From assembly GCA_013239625.1 (NCBI GenBank), contig MU053754.1, forward strand, positions 62,001 through 126,000: 64,000 nt of DNA, written 5' to 3'. Shown here in pieces: positions 1-11,478 of the stretch. Position 1 is the first letter of the stretch. Every line of letters begins with the position of its first letter. Below the pieces are notes generated by a model that worked only from the letters and a program-made list of their open reading frames with translations, did not search any database and was not told where the DNA came from. A program made the position numbers and the translations under genes. The stretch comes from Lama guanicoe. Lineage: Eukaryota.

Positions 1-8
1 AGAATGAA

Positions 9-34
9 GTGTGTGTGTGTGTGTGTGTGTGTGT
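9..34. repeat. (GT)13 microsatellite
   Basis: Perfect GT dinucleotide run. Confidence 0.95.
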
Positions 35-379
35 GGCCATTTGGAGCACAGTTAAATTTAGAGACGAACATTCTCAACAAAATCCAGTATAAGGAAAGGA
101 ATGGATTGTTAGTCTAGGAACACCGTAGAGGACTGTCATGATTAAAAAGCCAGCACACGCAGGTTGTTTTCTAAGTGCCCTTCGTAAGGGCAGGGTGTGA
201 CCCTTACCCGAGACATGACAAGAACTATGACGGTAGATGTGTTCTACTCACGTGTGTATCCCCAGAACCTGACGTGTTTTAGGAAATAATTTTTGACTTA
301 AACCGTAAATGAAAAAACACTTGAGTTTGGGTTTGAAGGCTGTATTGTTTAACCTCATGAAGAGGGCAGGTGGAAGAGC

Positions 380-1230
380 ATGGTGAATCCATTGGGTATG
401 GGCGGTAAATCTTTTGGGTATTGGCGATTGATTGTGTCCTGGGTTTCAGGGAAAAGAAGGCCTCAAAGCTGGCTCTCCTGTTCCTGGCTGGTGTCACTGG
501 GTGCGTGGAGGTTCCCTGTAGGAATGAGGACGCCCAGGCAGAGACTTGTTTTTGATTGGCATGCGGGGAGGCATATGCGATCATTTGGTGTAAGAAGAGA
601 GTCAGGGACCAAGACGAGCAGGAAAGTCGGGATGGAAGATGGTGATGGAACGAAGCAGAATGTGGAGAGCGTGACTGGGGAAGTGAGGACACTAGGGAGA
701 GAGGAGTCAGGGAAGAGCACGGTTCGGAGAAATGAGTGCTGATCAGCAGTCGAGGAAGCTGTAGACCCCACAGGGCACGGCGTGTATTACACATGTGATG
801 GTAAGGCGTGTTTTTTCAGTGACAGTGAGGGGCAGGGACCAGACGGTGGAAGAGGAAGTGGAAGGTGGGCAGGATCTCAGATTCTTCTCAGAAATGTGTC
901 TACGCAGAAACAATGGCTGTGAAAGGGGAACTTTCTATTGGGGGAGATCGGAGTGTATTTCATTCTTCCAAGTCAACTTCAACGGAGTTAAGAGACAAGG
1001 AATCATTGAGAATGTCAGGTTTCTAAGAAGATGGTAGGAAATGAGATCTAAAGCTTAGAAGGAAGGTTGATGTTTGAAAGGAGGAGGGACAGCCTCTTCT
1101 GTAGGAAAGAGCAGTGAGAGGAGGTGCTGGGGAATTGGGGAGCATAATGGTTGGAACTTGAAGATCTTCCCAAAGAAAGCTTTCAGTCTCCTCTACTGAG
1201 GAGCTGGGAAAACCACCCACCAAAGCTAAA
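380..1230 (-). mobile_element. Degenerate LINE2-like remnant
   Basis: Purine-rich tract with phrases resembling antisense L2 (e.g. ttggcgattgattgtg...gggaaaagaaggcctcaaagctggctctcctgttcctggctgg). Boundaries approximate. Confidence 0.45.
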
Positions 1231-1322
1231 ATAGCTGCTCCCTGGCTCTTCGGGGGAAACACATGCCAGCCCCAGACTCAGATTAATTAGCAGTTTGGTA
1301 TCTGGCTTAAATCGTCACCCTT

Positions 1323-1450
1323 GGGGGAGGGTCTAGCTCAGTGGTAGAGCGTGTGCTTAGCATGCACGAGGTCCTGGGTTCAATCCCCGGACCTCCATAC
1401 TAAATAAATAGACCTAATTACCTCCCCACCCGCAAAAAACCTCACAAACC
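1323..1450 (+). mobile_element. tRNA-Ala-derived SINE (camelid Vic-1 type), long form
   Basis: GGGGAGGGTCTAGCTCAGTGGTAGAGCGTGTGCTTAGCATGCACGAGGTCCTGGGTTCAATCCCC head with A and B boxes and an AGC anticodon, followed by an AAATAAATA-ACCTAATTACCTCCCC-A-rich tail. Confidence 0.9.
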
Positions 1451-2415
1451 AAATGGTCCCCATTAACTTTTCCTACCATGTCAGTTACTTGAAGGGTGTC
1501 CATTCAGTGTTTGCCTCTCCTTGGACCCTGACGTGAGCAGATCACTGTTCTCTATTTCTTTCCCTGATCGCAGGTGGATGCTAGTTTGACAGAACCTGGA
1601 CAGTGTTGTCAGCTCTCCCATCTAGAATGGGTGGGTTTTTAGACTGTGGAATGAATACGTCGAGGAGAGTGCGAACCACAGCGTCTTGGGTGAGAAAGTG
1701 TTTGGTGTGAGTTGCACTTGTCCCATGCTTGTTTGTGGCTCCCATCCATCCAGGGAGTCAGTGTTACCCGGGCGGGGAGACGCCCAAGAGGAGGAAAAAA
1801 GACAGACAGAGTATGTCATAAACGTCTGTGCCCAAATCAAGGAGAAAAATGAGGAGCATGTGCTCTTGCCATTCAAAGGCATTTGACCCGCTGGGTCGCG
1901 GCGTTTGTCGGGGCAAAAATAGAAGCCTGGCTTGCAGACAGCTGTTCCCAACGAGAGCCTCCACGTAAATGGCAGAATTGTCTCTGAATTCTCTCTCGCC
2001 TGCAGAGATTGAGTAACTCAGCCATCCTCCGTCTGTGACTTCCCATCCCGGCCGAGTGCCACCAGGATGTTAAAAGCATGAATTTGACAATTACACGACC
2101 AGACTTTAAATTTAGACCGTGCTCTTTTCTCTGCTCATACGTTTTTGGAAAGAAAGAATCCACATTCCTTTACCTGTTTTTCTTGTATCTGCCCTGCAGT
2201 CTCACCTCCTCCTCTGCTAACCTTATTTCTCCTTCGCAGACCAACTCAAAGTCTGTTGATTTAGGGCAGGCGTTCCACGGGAAGAAGAATGCCCTGTGCT
2301 TTCTGTCAGTCCCCAGTCAGTTCTCTGTGCGTGTGTCTGAGCTCTCCTTTGAGGCTTGGAGCCTCTGCAGGGCAAGATCCTTGTTGGCATATCTTTGAGC
2401 TCCCTTTGGGATTCT

Positions 2416-2746
2416 ACTCAACAAAATATTAGCAAACAAACTTCAACAACACATTTTTAAAAAAAAGATCATACACAATGATCAAGTTGGGTTCATCCCA
2501 GGGACACAAGAATGGTTCAACATACGCTAATCAATCAACGGGATACAGCACATCCACAAAAGAAAGGACAGAAGTCACACGATCATCTCGATAGATGTGG
2601 GAAAAGCATTAGATAAAATTCAACATCCATTTATGATAAAAACTGTTATCGAAGTGCGTATAGAGGGAACTTATCTCCACATAATGAAAGGCACTTAGGA
2701 CAAACCCACAGCCAACATAATACTCATCACAAAGAATTGAAAGCCT
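2416..2746 (+). mobile_element. L1 ORF2 reverse-transcriptase internal fragment, disrupted
   Basis: Translates piecewise to NKILAN.LQQH / [14 protein letters not shown] / DKIQHPFMIKT / DKPTANIIL, with in-frame stops. Flanked by TCCCTTTGGGATTCT at 2401-2415 and 2747-2761. Confidence 0.92.
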
Positions 2747-2809
2747 TCCCTTTGGGATTCTGAGAATAATAGCAGAATCTCGTAATTTACTAGGCTAGGA
2801 GTAGAGTTT

Positions 2810-2965
2810 CTCAGCGGCACAGGTTCTGATACCATACTTGCTGTGCAGTCTTGGCCACAGTCTTCCCAACTGTGAAATGGGGTACTTACTTACTTTGCAG
2901 AGTAATGATAAGTTAATATCTGTCATGAGCTTGGCTGGTTCCCGGAACACGGTGAACGCCGTCAC
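2810..2965 (+). mobile_element. MIR SINE remnant
   Basis: MIR core-like text (tcttcccaactgtgaaatggggtact...). Confidence 0.5.
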
Positions 2966-3337
2966 GAAATTCCTGATCCTAGTAAGCCGCTGCTTGACGA
3001 ATGTCGGGTGAGCACATCACGTGCGCGGGGGTGAGTCTTTTGATTCCTGTGAACTTCATGACAATGACATGACATCTCCCAGCAGTTCCTGGGAGAGCAG
3101 CGTGCTGGACTTTTAAAGACACGTACATTTTGTGTGTATCCTTTTCCATGGCAATCCAGCAGGATGGAGAAGACTCAGAGCCTTGCCATCTGACCAGCAA
3201 GGATTGTTGCTCATCAACATATACTTGGAAATGTGGAATCCTGCCCCGTCAAATGCATAGGCAGTGTGTGCACGCATCTGTTAAAAGTTTTTAAATATAT
3301 ATATATTTTTTCAATCATATTGATAATCACTTTATTG

Positions 3338-3528
3338 TTTTAACATTTTTTTATTGAGTTGTAGTCAGTTTACAATGTTGTGTCAAATTCCAGTGTAGAG
3401 CACAGTTTTTCAGTTGTACATGAACATACATATATTCATTGTCACAGTGTTTTTCACCGTGAGCTCCCACAAGATCTCGTATGTATTTCCCTGTGCTATG
3501 CGGTATAATCTTGTTTATTTATTCTGCA
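3338..3528 (-). mobile_element. L1 3' UTR end, 5'-truncated
   Basis: T-rich tail followed by attgagttgtagtcagtttacaatgttgtg...ttccctgtgctat, homologous to the L1 3' ends at 34100-34287 and 39745-39930. Confidence 0.85.
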
Positions 3529-5084
3529 GATGCCTGTCATTTTTTTTTAATCATTGTTATTCTAAAAACACCGCCTTCCCCCAGCTTCCCCCAGTGTTAA
3601 CTTTCTGCATAACCCTCGTACATTTGTCAGGAAAAGAAGCTTAGTCCATCGCTGTCAACCAAAAGACGAATTTTCCACCAAATGCCCTTTTTCAGTTTCA
3701 GGATCCAATCTGCAAGGCCACATTGCATCTGGAAGGGTAGACTGTTCAAGGATGCTTTTCCATTATCTTAGCATTTTGGTCTGTCTTCCCATTTATTCTG
3801 TTCTGTTTTGTTTTAACCAGGGGGGCGATCAGTGTATAGACTAGCCGCTAGTTCAACTAGCCCTTTCTGGTTCGGCAGAAACCACTTTTTGTTTGTTGGT
3901 TTGTTTTTGTTGTCGTTAAATTTAAAGTGAGAGTGCTGTGAGCTTGATCTGCTGGAAGGTTAATCAGACACTAACTCACACGTTGTGACGCCTCCTGCAA
4001 CTGCTCCGCTAGTGACAGCTTGAATGAACTCTGCCAAGTGATTCAAACTTCTCATTTCTTGGGTGTGAAACCCACGAAGCAGGAATAACAGTATTGGTCA
4101 GATAATTACCTTAAGGTCTCACTGAAAAGATGACGAGGAAGAATTTTAACTTTCCTAGGAGGCTGGCCACCACAGAAATTGCAAACCAATAAAGAATTCA
4201 CATGTGAGAGTTTTCCCTATATGTCTGTGCATATAAAACATATGGGTGCCGGCAGCGGAAAGATCTTGCCCATACAAGGAATTCAGTCTACAGTCATCAG
4301 CGTTCAGTCCACAGTTCACTAGAAACTAGCGTTAAGAAATGAAGGTTTGCTTTTCAAAATCCCTCAAACCTAGATCTACATCGTTTCATTTTTTAAGTTT
4401 AAGTGGAATTTATGTCCGTGTATGAACCATGCATCAGTCATGTCCAGGCACTGTATCCCTGCTCTGAATCTGCGTTCTCTTCCAACTTTCTTTATTTAAC
4501 TGTCTGTTTAATTTTCCATGCCAGTTGCGTGTTGGGAAGGTATTTGCGAGGAGCTGAACTTGAACCCGCTCCCTTCCTCCCCAGCCTAACTTCCCGAGGT
4601 TACGATTCCTCTGGGGTCCAGCTCTGTGCTCAGCTTGGTGTAAAGTCCTGGGGAAATACTCCCGGGGAAGCGGCATGTCTGGTTCCCCGTCCGTGCGTGT
4701 GCTCCCGGCTCGAGGGACCCAGCCCCGACCTCCCTGAGCGCGAGGCTGCCGGGCTGCTGTCTGTGTTTTGCAGGGTCCGCGGGTGGGAGGCCCTGGGGAG
4801 CAGCTTCTGTTGGCATCGTGGTCCTCTCCCAGCTCAGCCCTCCCGGCCCCTCCCGGCCCCTCCCAGTACCCGTTTCCTTCTCCGTTTAGTTTATTTGGAA
4901 TCGCCTTATGTGTACGAAGCTGGTTTTCCCGACCGGAACAGCTATAGAATCACAGCGGTGGTGACAGCGGTCGTCGTGTGTGCTCTCCTGGCTTTCAGGC
5001 CCCGGGGATCATAACCCCATGCCGGACTTGCGTCTAACGTGCCGGACTGCGAGACACAGGACGGTTGTTCATGTGCCCAGCTGG

Positions 5085-5542
5085 TGCTTTCACTTCCTAG
5101 GGCTGCGATAACGAATCACCACCCAGTTGGTGGCTCAAAATAACACAGATTGGTGTCCTTACAGATGTGAAGGTCAGATGTCCAACATGGGTCCACCTGG
5201 GCTAAAATCAGGCTGTCGGCAGAACTGTGTTCCTGTATGGAGGCTCTGGGGGAACGCCTGTTTCCTGGGCTTTTCCAGTGGCGAGAGGCCACCTGCGTCC
5301 CCTGGCGTGGGGCAGCGCTCTACATCTTCAAAGCCAGTGACGCAGCATCTTCCAGTCTCCCTCTCTGACTATGGCCCCAGCTGCTCTGACGCCATCTCTC
5401 CCGCCTCCCTCTTTCCCTGAGAAGGCCCCTCGTGGTTATATTTGACCCACTTCCATAATCCAGAATAATCTCTCCTTGTGTCATATAAGGTACCAGGGAT
5501 TTGGACGTGGACAATTGAGGGCACCATTCTTATGTCTGCCAC
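5085..5542 (-). mobile_element. MaLR solo LTR (MLT1C/D-like)
   Basis: ttcctagggctgcgataacgaatcaccac...ggtggctcaaaataacaca...ggaggctctggggga...ataatccagaataatctc, typical antisense MLT1. Confidence 0.8.
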
Positions 5543-5898
5543 CGCTGGTTTAAAAAAAAAAAAAAGAGGTAGAGTAGAATTGGGACTCTCTGACTCCAGT
5601 GTCATTGTGATAAGTCTTTGTTGCTGCGAGATTTGCATCTCCCAGAGTACAAAGGCGTGACTTGTGCCCACCAGGCAGCTCCGGCCATGTGTCATGCCTG
5701 CAGTGAGCATGCCGTGTATTTATGTATTTTTTTTTCCAACACAACAGATAATGTGAAATTCTCGTGGACTCCATGTCTTTAAATCACTTGGTTCTTCCAA
5801 GCGGGCTGCCTGACGTTGGGCACTGACGAGTGCACTGAAGTGAGTACCGGAAAGATGTGCACATTTGCTCCATGCTTCTCCTTCGGTGTCTGTTTTAG

Positions 5899-6058
5899 GG
5901 GGAAAAGCGAACAACTGGGAAGGTGGTATCCGGGTCCCAGGCGTCCTCCGCTGGCCGGGGGTGATCCAGGCTGGGCTGGAGATCGATGAGCCGACAAGCA
6001 ACATGGACATATTTCCGACGGTGGCCAAGCTTGCCGGGGCGCCGCTGCCTGAAGACAG
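5899..6058 (+). CDS. STS: Steroid sulfatase (arylsulfatase C), third-from-last coding exon (human exon 8 equivalent)
   Basis: ttttag| acceptor and AG|gtactg donor; 160 bp. Encodes (G)[52 protein letters not shown](R), the sulfatase GKxxxWEGGxRVP motif with the active-site Lys (human K368). Confidence 0.97.
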
Positions 6059-7104
6059 GTACTGGGACTCACGGGTGCTTGCGATCGTCTCCTTCAGAGT
6101 TTGCAGGCGAGGGCGTTCTGGTTTTGCCTGCTGGGCCTGTTGTCCATGCACAGTTATGGGACTTACTGGTGGGTCTGCTGACGTAAAAATCTGCTCCGTC
6201 CATCCCATTATCCCAGTGGGAAACACAGTCGGAGGTGCGATGGGATGTGTGGCCTTTGAGACTTACTCCTCCAGCATCCCGCTGATGAGCTCTGTCTTGT
6301 CTGTGCCCACTGTCAGCTCGCCGAAGGGCAGCTGGACCGACGCCCCTAGTAACCGTCCACGTTTCACCCCGCAGCTTCCCGCCTGACCCCACTCGTCAGG
6401 TCTTGGCTGCAGCTGTGAGAAAGGCAGCTGCTTCCCGCCCTGGGAAGGGCCCGATTTCCCAGCACATCATCATGGAGCGAGTGCTAAATCCGTCTTTCTC
6501 TCGAATTTAGATGCAACGTCGTATGCCATGGCCGATGGTTTCTTGTTAAGTGTTATTGCCAATCTGAAGAGTCCTGAGTGAGGCACGCTGACGAATTGTT
6601 TTCATTAGTTTGGTGGCAGGCCACCGTAATGGCTGGAAATCTCATTTAAATTCAGCCGCCAGCAGAACCAAGAGGAAATGGGAAACTGGAGACAAAAACA
6701 ATAGCTCGGCCGGAGCTGAAGTCCGAGGATAGGTTGGCTCCCCTCCCACTGTTGGCAAGCTTCTTTCGTTCTTCATTTTTTTTTCCCAAATTTCTGCTTG
6801 AGAGGTACCTTCCTCTCCAAGGGCTCACATGCACACATGTGCACACAAAAGGGAGCAGTGGGATTGTAGAGTTCCATGGTCCACAAACGTTGTGGCTCGA
6901 GACCCAGGTACACACTTCACTGATCCAGGAACCCAGAGATGTTTTGTGTCTGTGGGATGTACCTGTCAGTGTTTATCATACGAGCAGTTCAACCTGGAAA
7001 TGAAAGTTTTTAAACACAAGAGCACCCAAGGAGACATCGCATCAGCTCACAGCTGGTGTCGCCACTGGGGAAATCCACCGTAAGCCCCATGAAGCACTGG
7101 TGCT

Positions 7105-7216
7105 CCAGGAGGCAAAGAATGTTTTGCATTATTGTGAAGACAGTTTGACCTGGTAGACCTCGTAAAAGGTCTCAGGGATCCCTGTGGGTCTCGGGACCAC
7201 GCTTTGAGACTAGCTG
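7105..7216. mobile_element. hAT-Charlie terminal fragment
   Basis: gcattattgtgaagacagtttgacct...ggtctcagggatccc...ggaccacgctttgaga, resembling the right end of the Charlie element at 45770-45876. Confidence 0.6.
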
Positions 7217-7221
7217 GTTCC

Positions 7222-7420
7222 AGGAGAAGAGCAAAGAGCCTAGAGGCGTACTGCTTGGCTTCAAATCTTGGCTTCACTCTTACCAAAGTGGGTAACTTAC
7301 TGGACCTTGACGTCTTCTCCTGCAAATGGGTTGTATAACAGCACTGCCCTCAGAGGGTTGCTGTGAGGATGGAAAGCGTGAGAGCGTGTCATGTGCAGAA
7401 CAGAGAACGCGTGAACACTT
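7222..7420 (+). mobile_element. MIR SINE remnant
   Basis: ttcaaatcttggcttcact...ctgcaaatggg...gccctcagagggttgctgtgaggat core. Confidence 0.65.
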
Positions 7421-10005
7421 GCTGCTTTTGCTTCGTCCGCCATATTGCTTTTCGTCCGCCATGTTGAGAGGTGAGAGGCATTCTTTCCACTTCCACGTTT
7501 ACTGTTCATCTGGATAATAAAGTCATAAACTCTGTGGCCCAAGGGGATGTCTAAGATCTTCTACCCCAGCCACAGTATTATTTTTCCACTCAAGTGACAG
7601 ACACAAAGCTTGGCAGCCATCACTCATCAAAATCTTTTCTTACAGAAAACCAAAACACTCACCCCATGTGTCTGTCTGCTCTTTGGGAATAAATCCCAAT
7701 TTTTCTGTAAGCAGCTCCCACAGAGTGTTCAGGTAGTTTCATTCCCTGTCTTTTTTTTGTCTCATGGTTCATGACATTATGAGACTGACGCGCTGCCTGC
7801 TGCGCTAAGAGGGCAGATCTCATGGTTCGTGACATTAAAATCATCAGTCTCTTTAGATGGTTTTCCATCTAACTGGGAAGAGGCAAGGGAAGGAAGAAGT
7901 TCAGGGGCAAAGAGGAAAATCCCTAGAGGGAAGTTTGGTGCTGACACCTCCTACGTGCCCCATTCTGAGGCCGATGGAGGTCAGCCTGTTTATCTGGCAT
8001 GAGCCCGTGGATGTGGGGAGCGGCCCCCTCAGTGGCAGGCCCAGCTCTTTTATACGCAAGCCAGCGTCATCAGTACAACCCATTCTGAGTATCGAAGGTT
8101 CTTTTCTTGGGTCTCCCCCATTGGTGGTCTCACTCAACCCGAGGATAGTGTCTCGGGGTTGAGGTCCCAGGTCCTACAAAATGTTATCACCATCCTGGAG
8201 ACAGCAGAGATAAGAAAACAGAAATCTTCCAACTTGCTCATGGGAATAAAAGAGAGACAGAGAGAAAGAGGCAGTGCATTCATGGGGGAGTGACGTCACT
8301 GTACCCCAAAGAAGGTTCCCCTCATGTGCTCTTTTCAGTTACGTCACAGTCATCCCCGCGTTACCGAATTTGACCTGAAATTCGAACACAATGCTTCTTG
8401 GCACCGAATTGCTAATATCCACATGGCCATCGTGAGTCAGGACGCCACAGAGGGTAATCTCACGTTCCAAATTAAAAACAGTCTCCAGTGAACACGTTTT
8501 TCACAGAATCAAGCAGACAGCAGGAAAGAACGCATCCCATTGTGTAGCAGAGGCTGTCTCGCAAGCTTGCTATGAAAACTTGAATCCGTTTACAGAAAAG
8601 GCCGATGCAATGATTCCCGCAGAAAACAGCAATGCTTTGTGTCACTTTGAAGGCGTGTGGGCCCCTCTCGCACAAGTCATGATGTTATAGAAACGTGTCC
8701 ACACCGGCCACACCAAAGGAAATGTGCCGTCTCCGGGCCGTTGGCCACGGTTAAATGTGACTTGCACACGTGCCTTAAAACAATCCCGAGTGTTTTGATA
8801 ACTCAGACACCATCTACAAGTTTAGCTCAGTGGGGTCACTTTTCATTTTTCATGGCAGAAATGAGCCTGTTTTTGACAAGCCGTGTGTCCGCAGCACTGT
8901 TCAACGGTGGTTTTTCCACCGCAGTGTGATTTATTGCCTGCTTCCTGGAAAGAGCACGTTAGGTGAAGGACATTTTAAAAAATGAGATCTATCTCTGCAT
9001 TGGAAGAAAAAAAAAAGTTTGCAGAACAGACTTTGCTTCCCTCCTTAAAAAAAAAAAAAGACAAATGTCTTGCTTGGGAAGAAAAAAAATTGGTGAGACT
9101 TGGACTCTGGTTTTTGTCGTCAAATCCCCTGTTGTGTGATCACGGCCCAGGTCAGTTGTGAAATACTGATTTTCAGAAAAGACTTCTGTCTCCTGTGTTC
9201 TTAAGGGTTGAGTTTTATTGGCTTGCGATGAAAAAGAGCGTCAAGAAATGAAGGTGGAGGTCGCTTCCGAGGAATGGAAATTCACTCTCACTCTTGAGCC
9301 GTCATGGAAAGGCCTTCTGTCCCCTTGGAGGGAGAGGTGGTGGAGGAGGTCCGACCCACCTGTCCTGGGGTTGCCTCCCGCTCAGGTGCTCAGCCCTCCT
9401 CCCTTCCTTTCTTCCCACCTGTTTAGTATCTCACCGTCTTCAGGCCTGAGTCTTTCTTCAAAGGCACAACACCTGTCATTTCAGGGTAGAAACAGCCTTT
9501 CACGCAACTTGCCGCTTCTGAACACAACTGTCTCTCTTCCCTGTTCGTCTCAGGCCGATAGGAACCAGGCTTGGAAAGTGAGCCAAGTCTGTCTTTTGTT
9601 CTTATTTTTAGCTCAGGATAAGAGGATATTTTCAGTTCTGTGGACCTCGGCAGAGCGCGTGATTAATAACTGAGGACTGTGGCTGGAGGAGCAGCGAGGC
9701 TGTAATTACATTAGGCGGATTTTAGTGACACCAAAATAAACCACAAAAAAAAAAGAAAGAAAAAAACTCAAAGGACATAAGGCCTTTTAGTCTGCAATAC
9801 GAATTATATCATCAAGTTAAACTTCCAGGTTCTCAATCCCTCAATAATGGAGGAAGACAGAGATGCAGTGGTTTTCATGAAAGGAAGAAATTCATCAAGT
9901 CCAACAGTCTCTTTCCAAGTAGCTTTCTGCCCCGTGTTTCGGTGGAAGTGACCTGATGCTGTCAGTGACCATGTAATTTCCCTAGTGGCTGTGAATGTGT
10001 GTTTC

Positions 10006-10235
10006 ACTCAAAACAAAATTTTAGGAATAGATTTACCATATGACCCAGGAATCCTGCTCCCGGACATATATCCAGAAGGAACCCTACTTCAAAAAGACAC
10101 CTGCACCCCAGTGTTCATAGAAGCACTATTTACAGTAGCCAAGACATGGAAACAGCCTAAATGTCCATCGACAGATGACTGGATAAAGAAGATGTGGTCT
10201 ATTTATACAATGGAATACTACTCAGCCATAAAAAA
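10006..10235 (+). mobile_element. L1 ORF2 C-terminal fragment
   Basis: Open frame IDLPYDPGILLPDIYPE...KDTCTPVFIEALFTVAKTWKQPKCPSTDDWIKKMWSIYTMEYYSAIK; ends at an internal A-run. Confidence 0.92.
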
Positions 10236-10905
10236 TAGACTTGTTTTTTCTTTAATTAACCTCCAAATAGTCTTAATTTGCTCATTGCCAGTTGTCTATG
10301 GTTATTGTTTGCCACTAGAATGTTACCTTGTTGGTGTAAACACCCACCCGTAGAGGAATATATTTACTCTTCAGGGCATAACACTATGTGTCATGGGTGT
10401 ATGTCATATGTAAATGTATGCAAGAGTCTTTACATCCTCAGGGCATTTAATGTCATCATTGTTATTATTTATAGATTCATTCATTCAGACTTAGGACTTC
10501 GTTTTCATTGAAGTCTATCCAATTTGTGTTGTCCCGTGTTATATATTACCTTTTTTTTTTAACACAGATTGTCAGGAATTCTTATTTTTGATAGACCTGG
10601 AGTTTGTGAATAAACTGTTTGCCAAGGCACTAGGCAGAAAACTGGGTGTAGGAGAAGTCGTGGGGAGGGCAGTTGAAAGCATCACACCCAGTCAGCTGGG
10701 CATGGTTCTCATTGGCCCTTACGACACACAGGACGTTGGATAAGTCACTCCGTTTCTTCATCCCATCATCTTGGGGTGATAATAGTCCCGACTCACGGAG
10801 CTCCTTAGAGGATGACATCAGCTGATTCCTGAGCCCAGCTGGCCTCCCCGCATTGCATATGGCACCCAGCTGGATCAGCTGGTGTTCTCAGCGCCGGTTG
10901 CTTAA

Positions 10906-11478
<573 letters not shown>

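Noticed and set aside
1323..1397. Functional tRNA-Ala(AGC) gene (also the other tRNA-like heads)
   Set aside because: Altered acceptor stem, a shared non-tRNA tail, A-rich end and TSDs, and no oligo-T terminator. These are SINE copies.
5865..5898. N-terminal parts of the ORFs overlapping STS exons (also 10927-11003 and 23764-23842)
   Set aside because: They lie upstream of clear splice acceptors and are intronic polypyrimidine sequence.
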